The position numbers and the translations under genes were made by a program. This document shows positions 43,736 through 55,274 of a DNA stretch of 64,000 bases, one piece after another (position 1 is the first letter of the stretch; every line of letters starts with the position of its first letter). The notes under the pieces are model-generated. The model was given only the letters and a program-made list of their open reading frames with translations. It did no database searches and had not been told where the DNA came from. This stretch comes from Thecamonas trahens ATCC 50062 (lineage: Eukaryota; Protista; Apusomonadida), in the NCBI RefSeq assembly GCF_000142905.1, contig NW_013657663.1:62001-126000 (forward strand), in the 5' to 3' direction.

Positions 43736-45719
43736 GGTGGCAACAAGGTAGAATTGAATGGGCGGGAAGGTCGGCGCCAAAGGACGCCCCCCCCTCCCTC
43801 CCCCACAACTCCCTCTGGTAGGCCGGGATAAGGAGGGGAGGCAAGCCATACAGGGGATGGTCATGTGGGCCACCATGCTAGGGTGCTTACCATGACTACA
43901 GTAGGGACATGGCTCTGTTTGTCATGGCCATGGGTGGTATGGTGGGTGGAGGAAGTGGCCGCAAAGGCGAGGCGACCTTGCATTTTTTGGATGGGCCGAG
44001 AATGCGGGGTTGGGCCCGGTTGGGCTGGAAGGGGGGGCGGGAGGCTGCCGAGGGAAGGGGGACTGACGGGGAGAGACGACGACAATGGGACGGTGTTACT
44101 GAGGATAGCAACCTCAGATTATCCTTCTCAAGGAAGGGACGGACGACTCGCAGGGCAAGGGCCAGCTGCTGACCAACATTGCGGCGTGCCAGGCTGTGGT
44201 GGAGACCATTGCTACCACGCTCGGCCCGCGCGGGATGGACAAGCTGATCAAGTCGGAGACCGGCGAGGTGACCATTTCCAACGACGGGGCGACGGTGCTG
44301 TCGCTGCTGGAGGTTGTGCACCCTGCGGCACGGACTGTGGTCGACATTGCGGCGTCTCAGGATGCTGTTGCGGGCGACGGGACGACGTCTGTTGTTCTCC
44401 TTGCCGGCTCGTTCATGCAGGCGGCCAAGGAGTACATCCAGGACGGTGTCCACCCGCAGGTCATCATCCGGGCATTCCGCAAGGCTGGTGCGCTCTGCAA
44501 GGAGCGGATCAAGGAGATCTGCGTGTCTGTCGGCGACGTGGCCGGGTCGGACAACGTGACGGATCTGCTGATCAAGTGCGCCGGGACGGCGATGTCGTCC
44601 AAGCTCATCCACCACCAGAAGGCCTTCTTTGCGCCGATGGTCGTGGAGGCGGTCAAGACGCTCGACGACGACCTCGACCTCAACATGCTCGCGATCAAGA
44701 AGGTGACCGGCGGCGCGTTGCAGGACTCGATCCTGGTCAAGGGCGTGGCGTTCAAGAAGACCTTTTCGTACGCCGGCTTTGAGCAGCAGCCCAAGACGTT
44801 TGCCTCGCCGGGCGTCCTGCTCCTCAACGTCGAGCTCGAGCTCAAGGCCGAGAAGGACAACGCCGAGATCCGCATCGACGACGTTTCCGAGTACCAGCGC
44901 ATTGTCGACGCCGAGTACCGCATCATCAACGACAAGCTGGAGGCCATTGTCGCCACCGGCGCCAAGGTCATTCTTTCCAAGCTGCCCATCGGCGACCTGG
45001 CGACCCAGTTCTTTGCCGACCGCGGCCTCTTCTGCGCCGGGCGGGTGAACAAGGCCGACCTGACCCGCGTCTCGCGTGCCACTGGCGCGTCCATCCAGAC
45101 CTCGGTCAACGGGCTCACCTCCGACGTTCTCGGCACGTGCGAGAAGTTTGAGGAGGTTCAGGTGGGTGACGAGCGGTACAACTTCTTCACCGGCTGCCCC
45201 GAGTCGCGGACGGCGACCATTGTGCTCCGCGGCGGCGCCAAGCAGTTTATCGACGAGGCCGAGCGCTCGCTCCACGACGCCATCATGGTTGTCCGCCGTG
45301 CCATCAAGACGCCGTCGGTGGTCGCCGGTGGCGGCGCCATCGAGATGGAGCTCTCGCGCTTCCTCCGCGAGCACGCCCGCACCATCCGTGGCAAGTCGCA
45401 GATCCTCATCAACGCCTTTGCCAAGGCTCTCGAGGTCATCCCGCGCCAGCTCTCCAACAACGCCGGCTTTGACTCGACCGACATCCTCAACAAGCTCCGC
45501 CAGCGCCACGCCATGGACGACGGCATCTGGTACGGTGTCGACGTCACCACCGGCGACATCTGCAACACCCTTGAATCGTTTGTCTGGGAGCCGACCCTCA
45601 TCAAGCTCAACGCCATCGGCGCCGCCGTCGAGGCCACCAACATGATTCTCTCCATCGACGAGACCGTCAAGGCTCCGCCCTCCAAGGTCGGCGACAAGCA
45701 CGCGCTTCCGGGCATGTAG
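43571..45719 (+). CDS. CCT7: T-complex protein 1 subunit eta, 2 exons (43571-43585, 44109-45719)
   Basis: Spliced start MSNMM|[20 protein letters not shown] (intron GTACGT...TAG 43586-44108); [31 protein letters not shown]. Confidence 0.96.
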
Positions 45720-45751
45720 ACACGCTCCGCCTCCTGTTTGTGTGAAGGATC

Positions 45752-46388
45752 AAAGCCCCCCCCCCCCACCCCCACCCCAAGTCCAAGGTTAAGAAATTGA
45801 ATTGTAACGCCCAGTCGATGTACTGCCCTGCCTTCTTCACCTTTGGCAGTGCGGGCGGTGTGTGGCTTGAGCCATGACAGCGAGAGCCCACCGCCACCGC
45901 GCCACCTCCACCGCGCCACCGCACGCCACCGCGCCACCATCACTGCTCTTTGGTTCTTCCTCGGTCTTTCATGGCACGCCGGCGGTATGTGCGGGGCAGT
46001 GGCCGGGGAGGGAGGGGGGGGGGGAGGGAGGAGGAGGGGGAGGAGGGAGGGGGGGCGGGGGCAGTTGATGTATGAAAGCCCCCCCCCCCCCCATCCCCAC
46101 CCCAGGTCCAAGGTTAAGAAATTGAATTGTAACGCCCAGTCGATGTACTGCCCTGCCTTCTTCACCTTTGGCAGTGCGGGCGGTGTGTGGCTTGAGCCAT
46201 GACAGCGAGAGCCCACCGCCACCGCGCCACCTCCACCGCGCCACCGCACGCCACCGCGCCACCATCACTGCTCTTTGGTTCTTCCTCGGTCTTTCATGGC
46301 ACGCCGGCGGTATGTGCGGGGCAGTGGCCGGGGAGGAGGGGGGGGGGGAGGAGGAGGAGGGGGAGGAGGAGGGGGGCGGGGGCAGTTG
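45752..46388. repeat. Tandem duplication, period 325 bp (45752-46067 and 46075-46388), containing promoter, first exon and 5' splice site
   Basis: About 230 bp identical core (from GTCCAAGGTTAAGAAATTG to GGCAGTGGCCGGGGAGG); copies differ mainly in poly-C/poly-G tracts. Confidence 0.92.
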
Positions 46389-47514
46389 TGGTGCGGTGCT
46401 GTGCGGTGCGGTGCGGTGCGGGGGGAGGGGGCGGGGCTCTGTCTGTGCGTGTGTGTATGGGGGGATTTGGAGTGGGAGGAGGTGCGGAGGTGTATGCGTG
46501 TGTGTGTGCAGGAGAGAGGGCAGGGGCACTTATGGTGTGTGTGCTTGTGTGTGTGTGTGTGCGTGTGTGTGTGTGTGTCTCCATGCCGTGGGTCGCAGTG
46601 GCAAGAGAGGCAAAGGTGTCCCGGCAGGCCGCAGGAACGGTGGCGGGGCAGGGCCCGTAGCTGATGCAGGAGCCGAGGCCGTAGTCGTTGCAGGGGCTGC
46701 GGCTAAAGTCGCTGCTGATACCGGCGGCGCCGAGCCCGCAGCCGATACCGCGGCTCACACCACACAAGCAGCAGCAGTTGGATCTACCCCCAAAGGGCCG
46801 GCAGCGGCGACAGATGGGCACACTGATGGCGCCCCTGGTACCGCTGCAAGCACCGCCCCTGACACCGCTACAGGAGGCACCGCTGCAGGCACGGCTGCAG
46901 CCACCGCCCCTGTCACCGCCCCTGGCACCGCTGCAGGCACCGCTGCAGGCGATCCGCGCGCAAAGGACCCTGTCACGGCCAGGATGCGTGCGCGTGCAAG
47001 CTCGGGCGGTGCGTCGTCCGACGACGGGAGTGTAGAATCGGCCGGTGGCGGCAGGCGGCCGCGGACAGGTTCAGGCTCGTCGTCGTCGGCGGCTCGGAGC
47101 AGAGTCCTGCGAGTCGGCGTCAATCCGCTCCGCCGCCGTGGCTCGTCGTCAAGCCTCCTCGCCTCGCCACGCCACGCCCCCGCCCGCCACCGCGGCTCGG
47201 GCACCGCTGCCGAGCCGACCCTCGACTTTACCTCCATCCGCTCGCTGCTGGTCGACACATCCGCGCTGGCGCACGCTGTCTTTGTTCTTGACGGCGTCCA
47301 GCACGAGCTTGAGTTTGATCGCGCCGCCCCGTACTCTCACGTCCGTACACTCGTCCATGAGGCCTTTGACGCGCCGCTGGACTCGCTCGCCATCTACTAC
47401 GACTTTGGCCACAACTCGTCGCTGGAAATCACCAACGATGACGAGCTCAACGCCGCCCTCGTCACCTGGATCGGTGCCCCACCAGAGGTCTTCCGCTTGG
47501 AGCGGCGGCCGTAG
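46296..47514 (+). CDS. Ala/Thr-rich protein with C-terminal PB1-like domain, 2 exons (46296-46309, 46599-47514)
   Basis: ATGGCACGCCGGCG|GTATGT...CAG|T phase-2 join gives MARRRGKRGK; C-terminus LAIYYDFGHNSSLEITNDDELNAAL resembles a PB1 OPCA-type end. Confidence 0.55.
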
Positions 47515-47702
47515 CCCCACCCCAACCGCAGCAGCACACGAATGAATCGATGCTGTCGCCGACAGGGCCTCTCGGGCTTGCTCGCCCAATGGGTCGAACA
47601 GACGCCAACATTGGCCCAATCCCAATCCCGATCCCGATCCGGATCCCGATCCCGATCCGGATCCTGTCCCCTCTCACACCGGCCACCACCCAACTCGCAA
47701 AC

Positions 47703-49971
47703 ATGGCTGCGACTAACGAGACCCCCACTTCGGAGGAGGTGTGCATTGGCATCGACCTCGGTACCACCTACTCTTGCGTCGGTGTCTGGCAGGTACGTAC
47801 ACTGCTTCATTCTCTCCCCTTCCCCCCTCCCCCGGACCGAACACTCCTGTGTCGCTGCGGATGGGCTCGTCCACCATCCCAATCCACCCGCCCTCCCCCT
47901 CGTTCCCCCCCCCCCCCCCCCCTCCTTTCCCCTCTCCCCCCCCCCCCTCCTACCCGACCAACCTTCCATCCTCCCTTCCTCCCCTCCTGTATTTCTCGTG
48001 CATCTGTCACCCCCTATCCCCATGCGCTGTCCTCTGTCCTGGATCTATTTGCGCCAGGCCAGCGGTTATCGTCTATTGCAACTTGTGCAGCCTTTTCCTG
48101 AACTCACTCCACTTGGGCAAACGTCCACAGAACGACCGCGTGGAGATCATCGCCAATGAGCAGGGCGACCGGACGACGCCGTCGTGCGTGGCGTTCACCT
48201 CAGAGGGCCGTCTTGTGGGCAAGGCTGCGGCGAACCAGGCCGGCATGAACCCGACGAACACGGTCTTTGACGCCAAGCGTCTCATCGGTCGTCTTGTGGA
48301 CGACGCGGTGATCAAGCAGGATCTCGAGCACTGGGCGTTCAAGGTTGTGGGCAACTCGGATCACAAGCCGCTGATTGAGGTCGCCGACGCCGGCGAGGAC
48401 AAGCAGTTCACGCCTGAGGAGATCTCGTCGATGGTGCTGATGAAGATGAAGGAGACCGCCGAGGCGTACCTCGGCAAGGCGGTGACGTCTGCTGTGATCA
48501 CGGTGCCTGCGTACTTTAACGACTCGCAGCGTCGGGCGACGCAGGATGCTGGTGTCATTGCTGGCCTCAAGGTCCTCCGGATCATCAACGAGCCGACGGC
48601 GGCGGCCATCGCGTACGGCCTCGACAAGTCGGCAGAGAAGGGCTCGAAGAACGTGCTCATCTTTGACCTTGGTGGCGGTACCTTTGATGTCTCGCTCCTC
48701 AACATCAACAACGGCATCTTCTCGGTGCTCGCCACGGCCGGTGACACCCACCTCGGCGGTGAGGACTTTGACAACAACATGGTGGCGCACTGCCAGGCCA
48801 TCCTGACCAAGAAGCACTCGAAGGACATCTCGGGCAACCCGCGCGCCCTGCGCCGCCTGCGCACCGCCTGCGAGCGCGCGAAGCGCGCTCTCTCGGCCTC
48901 GACCTCTGCGGTCATTGATGTCGAGTCGCTTGTCGACGGCATTGACTTCCGGACCAAGGTCTCGCGTGCCAAGTTTGAGGCTATGAACGAGTCGCTCTTC
49001 CAGGCTTGCCTCGAGCCGGTCGGCCGCGTCCTCGCCGACGCTGGCATGGCCAAGGGTGAGGTTACCGACGTTGTGCTTGTCGGTGGCTCGACCCGCATCC
49101 CCAAGATCCAGGAGATGCTCCGCGACTTCTTTGGCGGCAAGGAACTGAACCAGTCGATCAACCCCGACGAGGCTGTCGCCTACGGTGCCGCCGTCCAGGC
49201 CGCCATCATCACCGGCCAGTCGACCGGCGCCTCCAAGGATCTCCTCCTCCTCGACGTGACCCCGCTCTCGCTTGGCGTCGACACCATCGGCGGTGTCATG
49301 AACGTCGTCATTCCGCGGAACACCAAGATCCCGTGCAAGAAGGAGGACTTTTCACCACCACCGAGGACGGCCAGACCGAGGTTGACTTTGACATCTACGA
49401 GGGCGAGCGCCCGCACGTCGACTCGAACAACAAGCTCGGCGGCTTTGCCCTCCGCGGCATCCCGCCCATGAAGCGCGGCGAGGCCAAGCTCACCGTCACC
49501 ATGTCCATCGACGCCAACGGCATCCTCACCGTCGAGGCCGTCGACAACGCCTCGGGCAACCGCGCCGACGTCGTCATCAACAACTCGGCCGGCCGCCTCT
49601 CGCAGACCGACATCGACCGCATGGTCGCCGAGGCCCAGCGCCACCGCCATGAGGACGCCCGCATCCGCAAGGCCCAGAAGCTCCGTTCCGAGCTCGAGGA
49701 GTTTGCCCATGCCGCCCGCGACGCCATCGAGGCCCTCGTCGACGAGCGCATCCGCGTTCCCGAGGCCTCCGTCGACGCCGTCGACGAGGCCGTCAACGCC
49801 GCCCTCGAGTGGCTCGACGAGAACCCGACCGCCGACCCTGACGAGATCACCGCCGCCCACAAGGCCCTCGACGATGTCTACAAGCCCGTCTACACCGCCG
49901 GCCTCCGCGAGAAGCGCAAGAAGATGCGGAAGGTTGCCGAGCGCGAGAAGGCCAACAGCCGCCGCCGTTAA
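47703..49971 (+). CDS. Cytosolic Hsp70, Ssb-like, lacking EEVD; 2 exons (47703-47792, 48131-49971) plus a 1-nt frameshift
   Basis: [13 protein letters not shown]|[39 protein letters not shown]. An extra T at 49349-49352 restores [15 protein letters not shown] and joins ORF 49333-49971. Confidence 0.92.
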
Positions 49972-50046
49972 CGTAAAAACAACAACATGCATGTGCATTG
50001 TCCTCTCCATTCGAGTCTTTTATGTGCTGTAGTGGATGGGTGCCCA

Positions 50047-51999
50047 TCAGCTCGACGGGCCAAACGCTGCGGCAAAGTCGGCCTCAAACGCAACCGGAGC
50101 GGCGGCGGAAGACGTGCTGCCGCGGCTGGCTGCCTCGACTGCGCTTGTCGACGCGCCAAACGCTGCAGCAAAGTCGGCGTCAAACGGCACAGCCGACGCG
50201 GCGGCGGGATCCTCGTTGGCTACGGGCTCGGACGAATCCCCGACCAACTCGGCGGTGGCGGTCTCTCCCGTGCCGGCGGCGGCGGCGGCGGCGGCAGCGG
50301 CGGAGACAGACGCGGAGCTGGTGCCGGCGGCTCCGCCGAGCTCGCCGAGCGCATCGAGCTCACCGCCCTGCTGCGCCTGGAGAACGCCACGGCGGGCGGC
50401 GAGCTCGGGCGAGACCGGGCACGAGGTCGAGTCGTTGAGTGCGAGGGCGGCGGCGAGCTCGCCGGACTCGTAGCTCTCGAGGCCTTCGTTGCCAAACGGA
50501 GCATCGCCAAACGCTTTCCGGAGGTGGCGCAGCGCCAGGTTGATGTGCGCAGCATGCTGCGGGCGGGTCGCCTGATGGGCAGACGAGCTGCCGGGCGGGA
50601 GGGCGGCGACGGCGCGCGCGAGCGCATCCACCACCTCGGAGCTGCGCAAGACCTCAGGCTTGCGCACCGCGAGCTCGGACGTCCACCCAACGACCACGTT
50701 GTGGAAAATGTTGTTCCACGGGTAGTCGGCAAAGGCAATGTCGAGAAGGGCAGGCACGGCGGCGTCGGCGCTGGAGAGGTCAGCGCGCGACATGGCGACC
50801 AGCGCGCGTGCCAGCGCCAGCCGGCCCTCGCCGAGCGGGTTTGGCACCGGCCCTGCCTGCAGAACCAGGTCCGAGCCGACCGACGCGTTCCGGAACGCGT
50901 CCACTGCAGCGTCGACCACAGCATGCTCGTCAACAGCCTTGGTGAGGGCGGCAAAGGCTGGGAGTGCGGTTGCAGCATACGTTTGCGGCGAGGCCCGGAT
51001 GGCCCAAAGGGTGAGGACGCACATGGCGACTTCAACAATGACCGAGGCCTCGCGGAGCCGCGACTCGGGCGCACGTGGCGTCTCCAGAAGCGCTGCGACA
51101 ATGAGCGCCGCCAGCTCGGGGCTTGCAAAGATGGCTGCAATGAGGTTGAGTGGCGGGAGGTCGGCGTCGGGGACCGGGCCGGCTGTCCGCGGCACCGGCG
51201 GCGCTGCGGCGTCGCAGAGAGCCTCAAAAGCCATCAGCGCGCCGATGCTGGCCTGACTGCCGACCCAGGACGGAAGACCGTCGAGGCGTGGCTCGCGAGC
51301 CAGTCCGACTCGAACAAGCGACGCCGGCACGTCGGCGTCAAGCAGCATGCTCGCCACCGTCGTCTGCCACTCGCGCAGGGCGTGCGGCGCCTCGTCCTCC
51401 ACGCCGGGCAGGCCTCCAGTGGTATCCGCCGCGCCGCCGCCGTCGGCCCGCAGCATCCCCACCAGACCCTGAATGAGCGCGACCGCGCCGTCGAGATGGA
51501 GCCAGCACATGGCGCCGGCAACCGCTGTCCGGACGGTGGCCACCACTTCGGGCGACCGGGTCTTGCACACGGCATGGACGAGGATCGACGAGACGTAGCC
51601 GGCGACGACCGGATGCGGCGAATGCGGGAGGACCAGAAACGTGGCCTCCGGGTCAGCGGCAGACTCGGCCGCCGGTGCGGCGGAGAAGAGAGCAGAAAGT
51701 CGGGCAAGGCCAGGGCCATCGACCAGGGCAGCGAGGACAGAGCGGACGCCCGAGGAGAGGACGGCCGTGGCGGCGGTGGCCGTGGCGAGGTCGGCCTCAG
51801 GCACGGCAGCCGGGGCCAAGACAGCATCGACCAGTTCATTCATATGTCCTGCAACATACGACAAAGCCTTGGCCGATCCGCCGTGCAGCTCCTGCAGCAG
51901 CTGCGGCTGGGCGAGGACGTCGGCCAGCGGCGCCTCGCTGCCTTGGGCGAGCAGCTTGTCGAGCTCGGTCTCCTGGTGGAAGCGGGCAAAGAAGGTCAT
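50047..51999 (-). CDS. SAPS-domain protein (SIT4/PP6 regulatory subunit)
   Basis: MTFFARF...LDKLL...LADVLAQPQLLQEL (cf. MFWKF...IDTLL...LKELMDEEDVLQEC), PLGEGRL, YPWNNIFHNVV. Confidence 0.75.
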   Translation of the reverse strand: MTFFARFHQETELDKLLAQGSEAPLADVLAQPQLLQELHGGSAKALSYVAGHMNELVDAVLAPAAVPEADLATATAATAVLSSGVRSVLAALVDGPGLARLSALFSAAPAAESAADPEATFLVLPHSPHPVVAGYVSSILVHAVCKTRSPEVVATVRTAVAGAMCWLHLDGAVALIQGLVGMLRADGGGAADTTGGLPGVEDEAPHALREWQTTVASMLLDADVPASLVRVGLAREPRLDGLPSWVGSQASIGALMAFEALCDAAAPPVPRTAGPVPDADLPPLNLIAAIFASPELAALIVAALLETPRAPESRLREASVIVEVAMCVLTLWAIRASPQTYAATALPAFAALTKAVDEHAVVDAAVDAFRNASVGSDLVLQAGPVPNPLGEGRLALARALVAMSRADLSSADAAVPALLDIAFADYPWNNIFHNVVVGWTSELAVRKPEVLRSSEVVDALARAVAALPPGSSSAHQATRPQHAAHINLALRHLRKAFGDAPFGNEGLESYESGELAAALALNDSTSCPVSPELAARRGVLQAQQGGELDALGELGGAAGTSSASVSAAAAAAAAAGTGETATAELVGDSSEPVANEDPAAASAVPFDADFAAAFGASTSAVEAASRGSTSSAAAPVAFEADFAAAFGPSS

Positions 52000-52232
52000 G
52001 ACGGGTGGGGGTTTGGGTGTGTGTGTGTGTGGTATGTGTGTAGGGTGTGTGTGGATGTGGATGGGGGGGGTTGGGGTTGGGGGGTGGAGTGTGTGTGTGT
52101 AGGGTGGTTGTGGATGGTGTGTGAGGGGGGGTGGGTGGCTGCCTGGCTCGGCTGCCACTTGCTGGTTGCGTGGCAGAAGGAACAACTGGTGCAATGTTCG
52201 TGGCGTTGCCGCGTTTACCCATTGTTCCAACC

Positions 52233-52420
52233 TTTGATCGATCACGTTATCGTTCGGCTTGTCGTTCGTTTGATCGATCACGTTATCGTTCGGCTTGTCG
52301 TTCGTTTGATCGATCACGTTATCGTTCGGCTTGTCGTTCGTTTGATCGATCACGTTATCGTTCGGCTTGTCGTTCGTTTGATCGATCACGTTGTTGTTCA
52401 TTCGATCGTTCGTTTGATCA
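52233..52420. repeat. 36-bp minisatellite (4 perfect + 1 degenerate + partial copies) in a bidirectional promoter
   Basis: Unit TTTGATCGATCACGTTATCGTTCGGCTTGTCGTTCG at 52233, 52269, 52305, 52341; variant at 52377. Confidence 0.97.
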
Positions 52421-52502
52421 TGCCAAATACATTGCCCCGCCAACCCCCTCCAACCCCCCACCAGTACCCGAAGACCGACACACCCAGCTGAAAAACAACA
52501 AG

Positions 52503-53229
52503 ATGGAGAAGGTTCGCGAGAAGATCCGCAAGTACCAGCAGGACATTGACGATGCCAACGACCGTGTCGCCGACCTCGAGGAGCAGCTCAACGTACGTCA
52601 TGCCCACATCTGCCGAGCCGAGTTGGCGACCTGTCGGGCGGGGAACGGCGGGGGGAGGGGGGGGCGGGGGAGCGGGGAGGAGGGAGGGAGAGAGGGGGGG
52701 AGGGGAGGGGAGGGTGACACCAGGGGGCAATCAACAAGCAATGACCACATTCTGCTGCCATACAGACACACACCGCGCGCAGTGGTGGCGTGTGCGCCCG
52801 CTACCGGGCGCCTCACCCGCCATGCATCCGGGCGGGCAAAGGGCTTTATTTTTTCGGGCGAAGCGGGCAAGTGGCTGCGGAAGAAGGGCGGCAAGTGGGA
52901 GGGGTGCGGGACTCACGCAGTGGGCTGTTGGAGGAATGCAGGCTGCCAACGAGCGGGCCGAGAACGAGGAGCGCCGTGCTGACGACCTCAACCGCAAGCT
53001 GACCCTCGCCCAGGAGCAGCTTGACGCCCTTGAGGAGCGCATCGCCGCCGAGAACACTGCCGAGCAGCTGCAGCAGGCCGTCATCCGGGCCGAGACTGCC
53101 GAGCGCAAGGTCGCCGATCTCGAGACCCAGCTCGAGGAGGCCGACGACAAGGTCAAGGCCGCCGAGGAGAAGGCCGAGGCCGCCTCCAACCAGCTCTCCG
53201 AGATGCTTCGCGAGCTCGGCATCGAGTAA
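52503..53229 (+). CDS. Short tropomyosin (125 aa), 2 exons (52503-52592, 52942-53229)
   Basis: Phase-0 intron GTACGT...CAG 52593-52941. Protein MEKVREKIRKYQQDIDDANDRVADLEEQLN|AANERAENEERRADDLNRKL...RAETAERKVADLE...LRELGIE is Pro-free coiled coil resembling fungal Cdc8/Tpm (MDKLREKI..., LSRK, KAEHFERRV). Confidence 0.72.
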
Positions 53230-53297
53230 ACAGCTCTTCTCCCCCACACACGCCCAACACACTCGCTGCAGATCATCACAGCCAAGAGACCTATGTT

Positions 53298-55274
53298 TTA
53301 CTCCTTCTTCTTCTCGTCCTTCTCCTCCGACACGTCGCGGTAGTCGGCATCGACGACGGTCTCGTCGACATCATCGGCGGTATCCTCCTTGCCCGCCTTG
53401 AAGATGGCCTCGTTGGTGGCGGCGAGCTCCTTCTGCAGCTCGGTGGTGAGCTTGGCAATGTCCTTGGCCTCGCCGTCGGCGTCGACGGCCTCGCGGACCT
53501 TTGAGATGGCGCCGTCGAGCTTCTCCTTGAGCTCCTCGGTCACCTTCTCCTTCTGGTCGTTGAGCGTCTTCTCGGCGTTGTAGATGGCCGACTCGGCGGC
53601 GTTCTTGGCCTCGGCCTTGGCCTTGCGGGCCGCGTCCTCTTCGGCGTACGTCTTGGCCTCCTCGACCATCTTCTCGATCTGGTCCTGCGAGAGGCCTGAC
53701 GCGGCCTCAACGGTGATCCGCTGCTCCTGGCCAGTCTTCTGGTCGCGGGCCGAGACCGTGAGGATGCCGTCCGAGTTGATCTCAAACTCGACGTCGATCT
53801 TGGGCTGGCCGGCCGGCGCAGGGTTGATGCCGGTCAGCTGGAAGTTGCCCAGCAGGTTGTTGTCGATGGCCAGCTTGCGCTCGCCCTGGAAGACCGAGAT
53901 GTTGACCTCGGTCTGCCCGTCGACCGCCGTCGAGAACGTCTTGGCCTTCTTGCACGGAATCGCGGTGTTCCGCTTGACGAGCGGCGTAAAGACGCCGCCG
54001 AGCGTCTCAATGCCGACCGAGAGCGGCGTGACGTCGATGAGCAGGACGTCCGAGGTCGAGCCGTCGAGCACGCCGCCCTGGATGGCGGCGCCCATCGCCA
54101 CGGCCTCGTCCGGGTTCACGCCCTTGTACGCAGCCTTGCCAAAGATGGCCTCGACCGTCTCCACAACCTTGGGCATCCGCGTCATACCGCCAACAAGGAC
54201 TACCTGGTCGATGTCGTCCGGCTTGAGCGACGCGTCGGCGAGGCACGCCTCGCACGGCGCCACCGTCCGCGCAATAAGGTCGCCAACCAGCGACTCGAGC
54301 TTCGCCCGTGACAGCGACAGGTCCAGGTGCTGCGGGCCCTCGGCCGTCGCAGTGATGAACGGCAGGTTGATCTGCGTCTGCGTCGTCGACGAGAGCTCCT
54401 GCTTTGCCTTCTCCGCAGCCTCACGGAGCCGCTGCAGCGCCAGCGAGTCGGTTGAGAGATCAATGCCCTTCTCCTTCTTGAACGACTCGAGCAGAAAGTT
54501 GGTGATCGCCGCGTCCATGTCCTCGCCGCCGAGCGCCGTGTCGCCGTTGGTCGCCTGCACCTCAAACACACCCTCGGACACCTCCAGAATCGAGATGTCA
54601 AACGTGCCGCCGCCCAGATCGTACACCGCAATCGTTTGCGAGCCCTTCTGGTCCATGCCGTACGCCAGCGCCGCAGCCGTCGGCTCGTTGAGGATCCGGA
54701 TGTTGGAGAAGCCCGCAATCTCACCAGCGTCCTTGGTCGCCTGCCGCTGCGAGTCGTTAAAGTACGCCGGGACCGTGATCACTGCAGACGTCGTCTTCTG
54801 CGAGAGGAACGAGTCGGCAGAGTCCTTGAGGTGCGCGAGAATGAACGACGCAATCTGCGACGGCGAGTACTCCTTACCCTGAGCCTTGATCCAAGCATCG
54901 CCATTCGGCGCCTCCACAATCTCGTACGGGAGCATCTCCTGGTCCTCGTGCGTCTCCTTGAACGACTTGCCAATCAGCCGCTTCGTCGCGTACACAGTGT
55001 TCTCCGGGTTGGTGATAGCGCCACGCTTGGCCGGCGTGCCCACCAGCCGCGACCCGTCAGCCTGGAACGCCACCACCGACGGCGTCGTCCGCGCGCCCTC
55101 GGCGTTCTCGATCACCCGCGGCGTCTTGCCCTCCATCACCGCCACACACGAGTTGGTCGTTCCCAGATCAATCCCGATGGTCTTGCCCTTGCCAGCCTTG
55201 CCCGACGCCGCCCGCGTCAGCTGGAGCGCCACCCCACCGTTGGTGCGGAGCAGCCGGCCGAACATGTTCGTCAT
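53298..55274 (-). CDS. HSPA9: Mitochondrial Hsp70 (DnaK/Ssc1/mortalin)
   Basis: Short Arg-rich presequence, [60 protein letters not shown]. Confidence 0.93.
   Translation of the reverse strand: MTNMFGRLLRTNGGVALQLTRAASGKAGKGKTIGIDLGTTNSCVAVMEGKTPRVIENAEGARTTPSVVAFQADGSRLVGTPAKRGAITNPENTVYATKRLIGKSFKETHEDQEMLPYEIVEAPNGDAWIKAQGKEYSPSQIASFILAHLKDSADSFLSQKTTSAVITVPAYFNDSQRQATKDAGEIAGFSNIRILNEPTAAALAYGMDQKGSQTIAVYDLGGGTFDISILEVSEGVFEVQATNGDTALGGEDMDAAITNFLLESFKKEKGIDLSTDSLALQRLREAAEKAKQELSSTTQTQINLPFITATAEGPQHLDLSLSRAKLESLVGDLIARTVAPCEACLADASLKPDDIDQVVLVGGMTRMPKVVETVEAIFGKAAYKGVNPDEAVAMGAAIQGGVLDGSTSDVLLIDVTPLSVGIETLGGVFTPLVKRNTAIPCKKAKTFSTAVDGQTEVNISVFQGERKLAIDNNLLGNFQLTGINPAPAGQPKIDVEFEINSDGILTVSARDQKTGQEQRITVEAASGLSQDQIEKMVEEAKTYAEEDAARKAKAEAKNAAESAIYNAEKTLNDQKEKVTEELKEKLDGAISKVREAVDADGEAKDIAKLTTELQKELAATNEAIFKAGKEDTADDVDETVVDADYRDVSEEKDEKKKE

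Noticed and set aside
43896-45701. Long antisense ORFs (also 20554-22368, 49987-52491, 53584-54882, 15015-16442)
   Set aside because: Shadow ORFs of GC-rich, codon-biased real genes on the opposite strand; no recognisable motifs.
19133-49971. Calling the frameshifted genes pseudogenes
   Set aside because: Each has a single lesion with intact motifs on both sides and no other stops, which fits sequencing error or recoding rather than decay.
52233-52420. 36-bp repeats as a CRISPR array
   Set aside because: Units are head-to-tail with no unique spacers, there are no cas genes, and the context is eukaryotic.
52000-52461. N-terminal repeat extension (DQTNDKPNDNVI)n of the SAPS ORF
   Set aside because: Translation of the promoter minisatellite; SAPS homology starts at Met 51999.
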